In this document: piece by piece, positions 50,931-64,000 of the stretch
Layout of the letters: every line of letters starts with the position of its first letter
How positions within the stretch are numbered: the stretch's first letter is position 1
Source of the DNA: the human T2T-CHM13v2.0 reference genome, Homo sapiens
Strand: one strand, 5' to 3'
NCBI RefSeq assembly: GCF_009914755.1
Contig: NC_060944.1
DNA: 64,000 nt
Made by a program: the position numbers and the translations under genes
The notes under the pieces: generated by a model
Told to the model about the DNA's origin: nothing
Databases searched by the model: none
What the model saw: the letters and a program-made list of their open reading frames with translations, nothing else

Positions 50931-51824
50931 GAATGCAAGGTGGAAGATCTGGGTGGAATTTATTTTCTTTCTGACAACAGTGGATCCTTCCTTTACTGGC
51001 AAGGCCTGTGCTACAAAGGATGGTTTCTGGAGTATCCTGCCTGCCTCATTCTTTCCTGTTAACATGCAGTAAGGCCTTTGCAAAATACCCCATGAGTCAG
51101 TGCAAACTGCCTTCATGTATACTGCTCATATATACCAGTTTTCTGTACTCTCATACTAGTTCTCAGTTTTGAGCAGTTACTTGTTAAAAATTTTAGCAAT
51201 TTGTTGAAAAAAATTAGCTTCTTACCCCGCTTGTATGGCAGCCCTGTTTTCCTCACATGCTCTGTCCCAGAAAAAAAAAATGACATGTTTTATCTCTCCT
51301 TGGAGGCACCTGAAATTTCAAACTAGTTGATTGCTCTGTGACCCCAGATCTTTGATATATTCAGGAAAAAATCATAATTATGTAAAGTATCCAATTTTTT
51401 TTTTTGGTTTGTAAACTGGGAGCAATCCTCTTTTCATAACCTAAGAAGAAGCCAGAAATGTCTGCATTTCAACAACCATTAGAGATTTCGTTCTTCCAAG
51501 AATGCCTTTCTTCTAATCTGTTTCCTGGTGTAAAGTACCCAGCTTTTAATAGATGCTTAATTAACAATTTATAATATTAGCATTCTTATGCTTATCACCT
51601 ATGATGTCTCCCCAACATGTCTGGGGCCAGGGCATGAATTCCACAAGGAAATCATTGACTTCCAGATCAATGACATCTTTTCCAGAAATCTGCATTACAG
51701 CCATGAAGTTCATGCCAACAGAGCTCCTGGGAAGACATACCCATTGGCCACATTTTAAGAGCCAGCAAACACATTATTTGCCAAGCACACAAACCCACTA
51801 TAACTGATGAGGGTGATGGTTTGG

Positions 51825-51995
51825 AGCATGAGCTATAACGTTGGGGAGATGTGGTTAGTCTTGACCCCTACCTCTGCCTCTTGTGAATTACATGACCTCA
51901 GACAAATCCTGTAACCCCCTGTGCTCAGTTTCTTTATAAAATTGTGCTGATAATGATGGTATCCAACCCCTATGCCTGGCTCATCATAGGTGATT
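51825..51995 (+). mobile_element. MIR fragment
   Basis: catgacctcagacaaatcctgtaaccccctgtgctcagtttctttataaaat. Confidence 0.6.
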
Positions 51996-52199
51996 CAGAG
52001 CTACTAGCTATTTATTTAGTCATTTTATCTTAAAATCTTGGCACATTGTTGCCTGGATGTCATTGTCTCCAGTGCATGGAGTGGCCAGACCCCTGGCCCT
52101 GCCTTTTCTCTTTTTCCCTGGGCAGATGGAGCTGGTTTTCCTTTCTGGCACACACTCCACAGAGGAACTTGGGAAAGGAACAAAGACTGAAGAACAAAT

Positions 52200-52800
52200 C
52201 AGCCTATTTTCCACTTTTTAAAAGTAGCTCTGTCAGAAGGTTGAGTGGAGGAGGAGTTTGCAGCCATTGGCTAAAGAGGGGGTTCTCTTTCCTGTCTGTA
52301 GCTTTCCATTCATTCTCCTGTCCATTACACCACGCTGGCCTTGCTAGTCCAGGGACATCGGCCCCCCCCACCTCCAGTGGTCTCTCCCCTGTGTCAATGA
52401 CTCAGTTTTTGCCTAGAGTTCCCACAGCTCTAGGGAAGAGAGGTGAGGCTGGAGTAAGGCAAAGCCAGAGGGGAGCCTGACCCTGGGGGCGGGGGTTGGT
52501 GGGGCAGAGGGGGGCGTCCTGCAGTTGCAGTTGATGAGTGAGTTCTTGGTCCTGACAGGACAGATGAGGCCCTTTGTTCCTGCAAATGGGCCTTTCCTGG
52601 CAGTGATGGAGATCGCCTGCAGTCCAGCCCGCTCCTCCTCTTCAGCTGCAGCCATTATCCTAAAGTGGTTTTATTGATCTGCTGACTCCCTGTCTCCTGC
52701 CTGCTCTCCCTTTCCTCCTCCCTTCCCCACCCCCTGCACCCCATCCTCAAGCTCCTAAATGCTCTGTTGCTGGCCTCATCCATGCAAGGCTGTTTTTTCA
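52200..52800. promoter_or_regulatory. Candidate enhancer/promoter-like GC-rich unique segment
   Basis: Locally GC-rich non-repeat DNA with reverse CCAAT (gccattggct, about 52263-52272), AP-1 TGACTCA (52398-52404), GC box GGGGCGGGG and a G4 motif (52485-52514); motif-level evidence only. Confidence 0.35.
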
Positions 52801-53705
52801 GGGGTGAAGGATGATTTTGAAGTTAGATTAGACAACTGCACTTGCCTCATGAGAAAGCAGATATTCCCTTAGGGCAAGCATTTTCAGACTAGCAAAGGAT
52901 ATACCTCCATTTACCAACCACACCTTTTCTGGATGTAGTTCTTTGGTTGTTTTGACTTTTTGTAAGATGTAGGAAATATAGATGCTATGAAAGTTCAGTT
53001 TCAAAGTTTGCACCTTGGCAAACTATAGTACATTTTACAATGTCATGATAATGCCGCATTTTAAACAATTACCAGTCATATTCATCTTAATACAATTTAC
53101 ATGTAATTAAAGAAATTTTTAAATCATTTAGCATTTTTGCTTGACTTAGTTATAAGCTCCATAAAGTTATGTATTCTTATTTTATTTATAACAACCCTGT
53201 AAGATAACTGTCATAATCCTTATTTACAGGTGTAGAAAAATAAATGACTTGAAAGTCGTAAATCTAACAAATACCATAGACAGGACTCAAAGCTAAGCCC
53301 ATTGGACATAAAAACTTCTTTGTATTTATATGAAAGTCTGTATTTTTGATGCTGCTTAAAATGTTAGGCACACATCTGATTAAAAAGCTGTGCTCTATTA
53401 CAGGTGTGTTATGTTCGATATTACCCATGAAACTCTAGCAGTCTTCATTGTTAAAGAGGGAGTGACCCAGGTGTTAAATTACCTGAGAGCTGGCCCATGA
53501 TCGTCATACTATGAGCATAGTCATACATGCTCAGGAGAATTTTTAACTGAGATGTCCCCATTTAGCTCTCGTGTGGCTTTTACAGTTGTTTAAAACATTT
53601 TGAGAGAATTTGGAGCTGGTGTTCCTCAATAAAAACATGAAACCTGGAAAGTAATTTAAGCCTCTACCCAAAGTTCATGAATAAAACTTACTAAGAATCT
53701 TTCTT

Positions 53706-54114
<409 letters not shown>

Positions 54115-54744
54115 TCAGCGTAGGTCAGTAGCAACAATACAGAGTTAAGAGGCACCAGAAACCAAGATGCTGTCATGACCTTTAATTAAACTTACGATCA
54201 TCTTATGTGCCTGTATGAAAGGCACATTTAGGAGAGATGTATGTACCTTCCATGGGCCTAGAATGAATTACTGCCTTGTTAGAATAAGAGTGAGGGGAGG
54301 TCTCTGGAAGAATCAGATTCTGGTTATTAGTGGAGGCAGTAGAATAGAGCATCAGTGAGACAATCCCTATACATAATTATTATTTATTACTATTGAACAA
54401 TACTATCTGCTGTGCACCAATCCGGTTCACTGCCATATATAACATTGACATGCTCTTGGCCCTGCCAAATCAATACCTTCTGTTGCAGACTATAGAGATG
54501 ACTTTTGTCCTTTATCTGCCCCCACACCCCATTTTCAAAGTGGGAGATGTTTAGAACAAGATATAATTTTCACTATCTCTATTTTAAGGCTAGCACCTGG
54601 AGATGCTCCTTGCTGTACAGTAAAGTGTGACTGTATTTTGTTTTCCATTGACTTACATTATAAAATTGGTAATGTGTTTTCATTAGAAAAAGAATATCAT
54701 AATTTTAATTGAATATTTGATATGGAAAAGTGAGTGGAGAGGAA

Positions 54745-54915
54745 TGAGAGCATGTAGGACTGGGAATGAGGATGCCTGGGATTCAGTTCTAAAACTGTCA
54801 CTGCATAACTAGGAAACTGGGCTTTTGTCATGATTTTGCCTCTGAAAGCTGGGATGAGTCCGAAAGCTTTGAGCCTCAGTTTCTTCATCTGTATAATGAC
54901 AGGCTGGGGCTAAAT
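54745..54915 (+). mobile_element. MIR fragment
   Basis: tgagcctcagtttcttcatctgtataatg core. Confidence 0.65.
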
Positions 54916-55788
54916 CAGGGACATCAAATATGTATCACATATACTGTCACTTGTGATTTCTATGCCTATAGCAGACATTACTAATCAAAAGCAGTTTTCT
55001 TTCTGATAAAGCCAAAATACAGTCCCAGGCCACCCATAAATGAGGGCAATGTTCTGATCAGAGTTAAAACCTAAAATGCTTGAATTCTATGCTCACGCAG
55101 GTCCTTTCCAGCCCAGACACCCCAGATCCTGAATTAGTGGTCAGCCTCCTGCAGTTTTATGCCAGGAGCTTCCCATATATTAAACTAATCTTTCAAAAAA
55201 CTCCCTCAATTCATTTCAAAGAGGAAAGTCATGGATACATTTCAGAAAGAAGGTTATTTATGCAAGACAAAAATATTATTATGAAAAAACTGAATTGTTT
55301 TTTCTAAAGCAAACTTCAGCCAATGCTGCACTTGTTTTGGATCTATTCAATTTTGGTCTCCTTTTCCTTTCTGTCTTGAGCAGCTCTCACATTCTCTTTC
55401 TCCCTGGACTTTCATGAATTTATTCCTAATAAAAATTTATAATTGTGGCACTACCTACGTTCTTGTCACTTTGGGGGCTTGTTGGCCATATACCTTGTAC
55501 AAATAATCTCTATCATTTATTGCTTCTTCAGAGAAGATGTTATACATGTGCAGACACATAAATGCAAAGTGAAAAGAAGCAGTCAGTAGATGATACCAAG
55601 CATCAATTCTTCTGTTATATTATTCTGAAACTGAATACAGAATAGCTGGGTATCTCTATTGAATGTTTAACTGTGAATTTATTTTTTTGTTATTGTAAAA
55701 ATATTTGTTAAGTATACACAAATAAATAATTCTTTTATGATGTTATCTTGCAAGAACATGCATTTTAAATGAAATTGACCTGTGACTT

Positions 55789-57872
<2,084 letters not shown>

Positions 57873-58244
57873 TGACTTCTAATGTGATCACATGATTGTC
57901 AGGCTGAAAGTTTTATCAGTTGGTTTTCACTTTTAAGTAGTTTCTGTATTTCACATTATATTTCTTCAGTTACTTAAAATGAAAAATGCTGGTATTCTCA
58001 TCAGAGGCTGAATTTTGAGTGACTATTGGGTAGAAACTTTAACTGAAAGCATGAACTTTTTATTTTATAAAATGTACGTACCGCCCCCTAGAAGACACAA
58101 GTTTGATTTATAGTTAAGGTTATTTCAGATCAGGATAACCTGGTGTGAACATAGCACCCATTGCCTTATAGGGAGGGTGGGTCCTCTGGAGGAAAAATCA
58201 TCTTTCCAAATGGAAAGATGAATGAATGAATAAATGATCCTCTT

Positions 58245-58395
58245 AATTGTAAATGAGAGGCAGCATGGTTTAACACACAGAATCTAAGACTGTGCTAATA
58301 CAGGCTTGCATCACAATTTCAACTCTGATACTTACTACTAATGTGTGACCTTGAGAGTCTGACCTTCAGACTCCTTAAACTCTGTAAAAATGTTC
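58245..58395 (+). mobile_element. MIR fragment
   Basis: gagaggcagcatggttt...atacttactactaatgtgtgaccttg...ctgtaaaaatg. Confidence 0.6.
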
Positions 58396-59720
58396 TAGAA
58401 AAGCATTTCTAGAGTCTATGCATAATTAATCTCCCTAAATATGTCACAAAAGACAGAAAACAAAAGAAAATAAATTGGCTGGTTTTATTATGTATTAAAG
58501 AGTTAAACATTTTCTTGCTAAAACAATCATTAATAAAATTAAAATATGCAAATACTGTGTCACAAGGTAGCTTCATCCTATAAAGTACCTTTTTACAACT
58601 CTAAGAAAAAGTTCTATCCCTTCATAGGAAAGGGCATGAAGTATTTCCTTTAACAAATATTTTTGCAATGTTTAGAGAAGGGGTGAGGGATTTTTAGCCT
58701 TCTCTCCTGACATTATTACCTACGAGGATAAGAGACAGAGAACATTTCTCTTCCTGTTTCTCTACCTCTGGCTATACCCCTGTCACCAGCTCTGCCATAA
58801 GTATTGAGGAGACAATAATTTGATTTATGAGACCATGCTTTATGAATGGGGAAGATGACTATTAGTTATAGGTCAGGACCCTCAGAAGCCCTTTCCCCCC
58901 TGCATTCTGGCTCCTGGTAATAAGCAGAGTCATGGCAGGTACAGGGATCTTCCATCCTTCTCTAGTTCCCAGGTCTTTTCATCCTTCAGTGAACCCACAT
59001 AATGATAATGCCAGGGGTGCCTCTTGGGAGCTGATTGACTAAGGTGACTTTTAGCAAAAATGAAGAAAGAATACAGTACAAGCTATATTCATCAACCCAG
59101 ATTCTCCAAGGGAATCTTGCATTTTGTGTGTCTGGAAGAGAAAGGTGGTAATTGTATGTGTGTCTGGATACTAATAAAGAAGAATCTTTCCAGAACCTCT
59201 CACTTCTGTCAGGGTCAAGCTCCAGCAAGTGGGTGTTATCCCTCAGATACCACTCTCTTGTCCTAACTCAGGTAAGAAGAACCCATCTCCTATGGGTGAA
59301 GTGAAGCCATGAATCCATGAAAATCACAGACTGGAACAAAGTCCTCTAAGGGATGTTCTTTTGACTTTCTAACCCTATTCCCATATCTCCAGTAACATCC
59401 CTCTAAATTTGGAGACATATATGGGGTTCTCAGAATTTTCTTGCACTTATTTCCTGAAATATGCTGCCAGGTTTTTGAGTAGGAATGGTTTGAAAACCTC
59501 CAAAGCTCTCCTTTAATTTTGCCAAAATGTGATGTATTTGGTAGAAAATAACCGGAGCTTATTATGTACATTCTGGGCTACATCATTGTCTAGGTTTTTA
59601 TAAATGTGCCATGTATACAAGAGTATATATAGAGTCACCATATATACAAAGAGCTTTTTAAATTTAAGTTTGTTGAGAACAAACACATCAGTTGTCTAAA
59701 AAAAAATCTTCTATTGTGCT

Positions 59721-60021
59721 GTTGTTGTTGTTGTTGTTGAGACAGTGTCTTGCTCTGTCGCCCAGGCTGGAGTGCAGTGGCATGGTGTCAATTCACTGCA
59801 AGCTTTGCCTCCTGGGTTCAAGTGATACTCCTTCCTCACCCTCCTGAGCATCTGGGATTACACGCACCCACCAACAGCCCAACTAATCTTTGTATTTTTT
59901 TAGTAGAGACAGGGTTTCACCATGTTGGCCAGGCTGGTCTCAAACTCCTGATCTCAAGTGATCCACCCGCCGTGGCCTCCCAAAGTGCTGGGATTACAGG
60001 CTTGAGCCACTGCACCCAGCC
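59721..60021 (-). mobile_element. AluSx/Sz-like, full length, (GTT)n tail
   Basis: Complete dimer; TSD tctattgtgct (59710-59720) / tctactgtgct (60022-60032). Confidence 0.93.
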
Positions 60022-62447
60022 TCTACTGTGCTTTTCCTACTTGAATTTTAAACATATCCCAAAAGTTATGTGGGGAAGTGAATAAGTTATCTACATAGTC
60101 CTTGATTAGGTTTGATCAGCATTAGCAACATTTCCCAACGCTGTCATGGAGACCCAAATCACATTGATATCAAGCTACACACCCTGAAGTGGGAAGGTGG
60201 CCAGAAATGGAGACTTTATCTAATGTCAGTTTGCATAGACTTTATTAATCACCATTAATAAGAAATGTCAAGGGACAGCTGTTGGAGAATAGAGAATCCT
60301 TCATGTAAGGAAACGAATACACTGAAGACAATCAGCATTCTGGGCCTTTGCCACCAAAGGTTCACCAGGAACCTTAGGGATTTGAGATCATTAAAGGCTG
60401 TATCTAGGTCATGCTCCTCTCTTCCCACCAGGCTGGCATAATCCGCAGGAACCTGAACGTGCATCTCTAGCCTATGCACTTAGGACAGTGATTCCTGCTG
60501 TCCTGGCAAGTTGCTGCAGCTGTGACCATGGAGAAGAGGGTGAGAGGCAATGCAGACCCCAGCCAAATGGAGGACTTGCATTTTTATAGTCACTGCCCTT
60601 CATATACTGAAAATGAAAATGTATAATTTCTCATGATGAATCCCTAGGGTAAAACCAAGAAGTATTTAATTATATCAACTACCAGCAATGATTCTTTCTT
60701 CATGAGAATTTAGAAGTCAGAGATTCCAAAGGGTCTTCCCTAGCAATAAGATTGATGCCTTCTGCCCCCTCCTCAGGCTTAGTTTTGGCTTCCATAGGAC
60801 CTTGCATTCCTCGCCCTGTAAAAACTGGAAGAAACTCTACAGGGCCACTTGATCCATTCTCTGAGGCTGAGGACCTCATCAGGCTCCATTCAATAGGCTT
60901 TTTGATGACCCAGATTTCAAATGCCCCATGACAGGAAATTCTCACTGTTATATTTGTGCTTTCCTGTTGGACCTAGTGGATTTTGTTTTCATATTATTAT
61001 TTAATTTACAGACAGGAAAATCATTGGAGCCTGGAGTTGTCTTGATAACACTGTTAATGCAATTGCCAGGACTTCCCTGTGTATGCTGCCCAAACCCTGG
61101 AACACTGAATTGCTGTGATCGTTGTAAGGTTCCAGGTGTTCATTTCAAGGGTGATCACATGACATTCCATAATCACACTTATGAAAGGACTAATTAAAAA
61201 TACAGATGTCTTCAGCTCAAAATACCCAGACAGCTGAAATACTTATTAGTTTTTTTTATGTTAAACTCCATATCCTCACTTCTTTCCAACAGAAAAACTA
61301 ATAATAGATAACAAAGCACAGACAGGGAGGGCCTTCAGCCTTTTTTCTCCCATTAATTGACAGGCTTTGTTTATAAATAAAACACCTAGTACTTTTACAA
61401 ATTGGTATTTTACCATAATACCTTTTTAGATTACTTTGTTTTCCCTTTCAGAATGGCTCAGCCACAATATTGTTTGTCTAGGGCTAGAGGATTTTTATAA
61501 GTTTGTAGTCCAACTCTTCTAATATAGAGGTGATAGTCATACAAAAGATCTTACGTGTCCAAGAACATAGAACCATTAACGGTCTTTCAGCCTTAAAAAG
61601 AAGGTGCCTTGTAATGCAAATGTCAAGTTGTCTTTATTCTACCTGGGAGGTAAACAAAACAATTATTATATTCAAAAACGTTTTAGAGATGTGTGGACCT
61701 AAGAACTTTGGCATGATGAATGAAAAGCTCTTTACAGACACATTGGGTTTGCTTATGTGAACCAGAGCAAATGCATTTCCCCTGACTGGCAGATAAATAA
61801 TTAAGATCCAAATGTATAATTAAAAATAATGTTAAAAACACAAAATTTATGTTTTATCAAGATAATATATATTTAAGGTGCAAAGTCACCCTGCAAATGC
61901 TGGCATGACGTTTTATTAATTTCTCTCTTCATTCATTCATTCCTTCACATATACACAATCACAATATTTGTAGGGCTTGCTAGGTAAGAGGCACTGTGTG
62001 AGACACTGGGTATAAGTGTACAGATATGAACGAAAGTTGTACTGGAGTAACTCACACATTTTCAAGAGTCATAATCTGTGTTCAGTTTGGAAAATGTACC
62101 AGAGACAGTAAATCTAGAGATCAGAAGGTCAACAAAACTAGAGTTTGGAAGGTTGAGAACATAACCCAGGCTTTGTATCACCCTTTATTTCAACCCTAGA
62201 GAAGATAATAACACATCTTTGGGAAAGAAAGCTGTCAATCTTCTAATTATCTAAATCCCTTGGAATGAAAGTGAGGAAAAGGCAAGGCTGGAGAGAAGTG
62301 GCATCGACCTTTCCCCTCACATGGATTTTCCTTTCTGACTTCTGCATTACTGTCTTCAGCTCTCATGAAAATAGCATGATAATTATTGTCTGCTCTCCCC
62401 TATTTCATTTTATTTATTCCAGAAATTTTTTTGAGGATCCACTAAGG

Positions 62448-62800
62448 CAGGGGTCCCCATACCTTAGGCCATGGACTGGTACTTGTCCATGGCCTGTTAA
62501 GAACCAGGCCACACAGCAGGAGGTGAGCAACAGGCAAACAAGCATTACAGTAATGCTCAGTAATTACTGCCTACTGTCAGATAAGTGGCAACATTAGATT
62601 CTCTCACAGGAGTGTGAGCCCTATTGTGAACTGTACATGCAAGTGATCTGGGTGACACACTCCTCATGAGAGCCTAATAGTGATGATCTGACGTAGAAGA
62701 GTTTCATCCTGAAACCATTCCCCCACCCACACCCCTGGTCTATGGAAAAATTATCTTCCATGAAACAGGTCCCTGGTGCCAAAACGGCTGGGGACTGCTG
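62448..62800 (+). mobile_element. MER1B hAT-Charlie MITE, complete
   Basis: Termini caggggtcccca / tggggactgctg; 8-bp TSD cactaagg (62440-62447) / cactaaag (62801-62808). Confidence 0.9.
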
Positions 62801-62964
62801 CACTAAAGTATACAGGTATTTTCCTAACCATTAGGGATTTATCATGGATGGGGCAGCTGTGGCACCCAGCCTCATACTGCTTGTAAACCCTGAAAAACCA
62901 AAGGGTTCTACTCTAGGGTTCTAATGCCAATGGCAACAATTGGCTTTGGAAGAAGAGAAAAAAC

Positions 62965-64000
62965 CTTCTAATTCCTCTTTTAATGTATTCATTGACCCAT
63001 TTGTTTTTCAGGGCTATGTTGTTTAGTTTCTATGTATTTAAAAGGTTTCTGAGGTTCCTCCTGTTACTGATTTATAGTTTTACACTATTGTGGTCAGAAA
63101 AAAAATGCTTGATATTATTTTGATCATCTTAAATTTGTTAAGATTTGTTTTGTGGCCCAACATATGATCTATCCTGGAGAATGTTCCATGTGTGGTTGAG
63201 AAAAATGTGTATTCTGCAACTGTTGGATGAAATGTTTTGTAAATGTCTGTTAGGTTCATTTGGTCTACAGTGCAGTTTAAATCTGATGTTTCTATGTTGA
63301 CTTTCTGTTTAGATGATCTGTCCATTGCTGAAAGTGGGGTGTTGAAGTTTCCTGCTACTGTTGTATTGCAGTCTATCCCTTTCCTTAGACTTTTAAATAT
63401 TTGCTTCATATATTTGGAAGCTGCAATGTTGGGTGTATGTATATTTACAATTGTTATGCCCTCTTGCTGAATTGACCCCTTTATTATTATATAGTAACCT
63501 CCTTTGTCTCTTTTTACAATTTTTGACTTAAAGTCTGTTTTATCTAATGTAGGTATAGCTACTCCTTCTGTCTTCTGGTTTCCATTTGCATGGAATACCT
63601 TTTTCTATCCCTTCACTTTTACTTCATGTGTGTACTTACACGTTGAAATGAGTCTCTTATTGGCAGCATATAGTTGGGTTTTCTTTTTATCCATTCAGCC
63701 ACTCTATCCCTTTTAATTGAATAATTTAATCTATTTACATTCAAGGTAATTATTGATAGGTATTTACTATTGCCGTTTTTCTAATTGTTTTCTAGCTGTT
63801 TTGTATATATTTTCTTCCTTTTTTCCTTAGTGTCTTCCTTTGTCATTAAGTGATTTCCTTTAGTAGCACGTTTTGATTCTTTGCTCTTTATTTTTAGTGT
63901 CTCTACTATAGGTTTTTGCCATGTGGTTGTTATGAGGCTTACAAAAGCATTTTATAGTTGTAACAGGTTATTTTAAATGTGTGACAACTTAACTTTATTA
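62965..64000 (-). mobile_element. L1MA/L1PB-type fragment covering the ORF2 endonuclease domain; continues past the window edge
   Basis: ORF 63080-63409: GNFNTPLSAMDRS...YTFFSTTHGTFSRIDHMLGHK (L1 EN motifs). Confidence 0.88.

Noticed and set aside
52046-52655. ORFs of 144 aa (+) and 80 aa (-, MAAAEEEE...)
   Set aside because: No homology recognised; explained by local GC richness.
58080-58100. CTCF-like motif ccgccccctag
   Set aside because: Only a partial match to the consensus; not supportable without ChIP data.
62468-62495. Palindrome ggccatggac...gtccatggcc
   Set aside because: Internal feature of the MER1B element.

Overview
Repeat-dense primate genomic DNA, very probably human (it contains an AluYa5-type insertion and an L1PA2-type element). 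I found no credible protein-coding host gene, RNA gene or CRISPR array. Most ORFs in the track are incidental or repeat-derived. The main structured elements are: (1) an internally deleted HERV-K(HML-3)/HERVK9 provirus with two MER9 LTRs (36506-42638); (2) a 5'-truncated, 5'-inverted L1PA2-type insertion with target-site duplications (55789-57865); (3) a very young 5'-truncated AluYa5-like insertion with a 48-A tail (24498-24627); (4) an MSTA-type MaLR lacking its 5' LTR; and (5) many older L1M, L2, MIR, MLT1, MER and Alu copies. The most notable observations are the sharply uneven divergence between the two HML-3 LTRs (suggesting gene conversion), a perfect 32-bp inverted repeat around an AT-rich spacer at 30068-30187, two micro-L1 insertions, a new ATG created by the L1 inversion, and a tandem pair of AP-1/IRF composite (AICE-spaced) motifs. 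I do not see evidence of a new multi-gene system. Subfamily names come from recalled consensus sequences and should be confirmed with RepeatMasker/Dfam.
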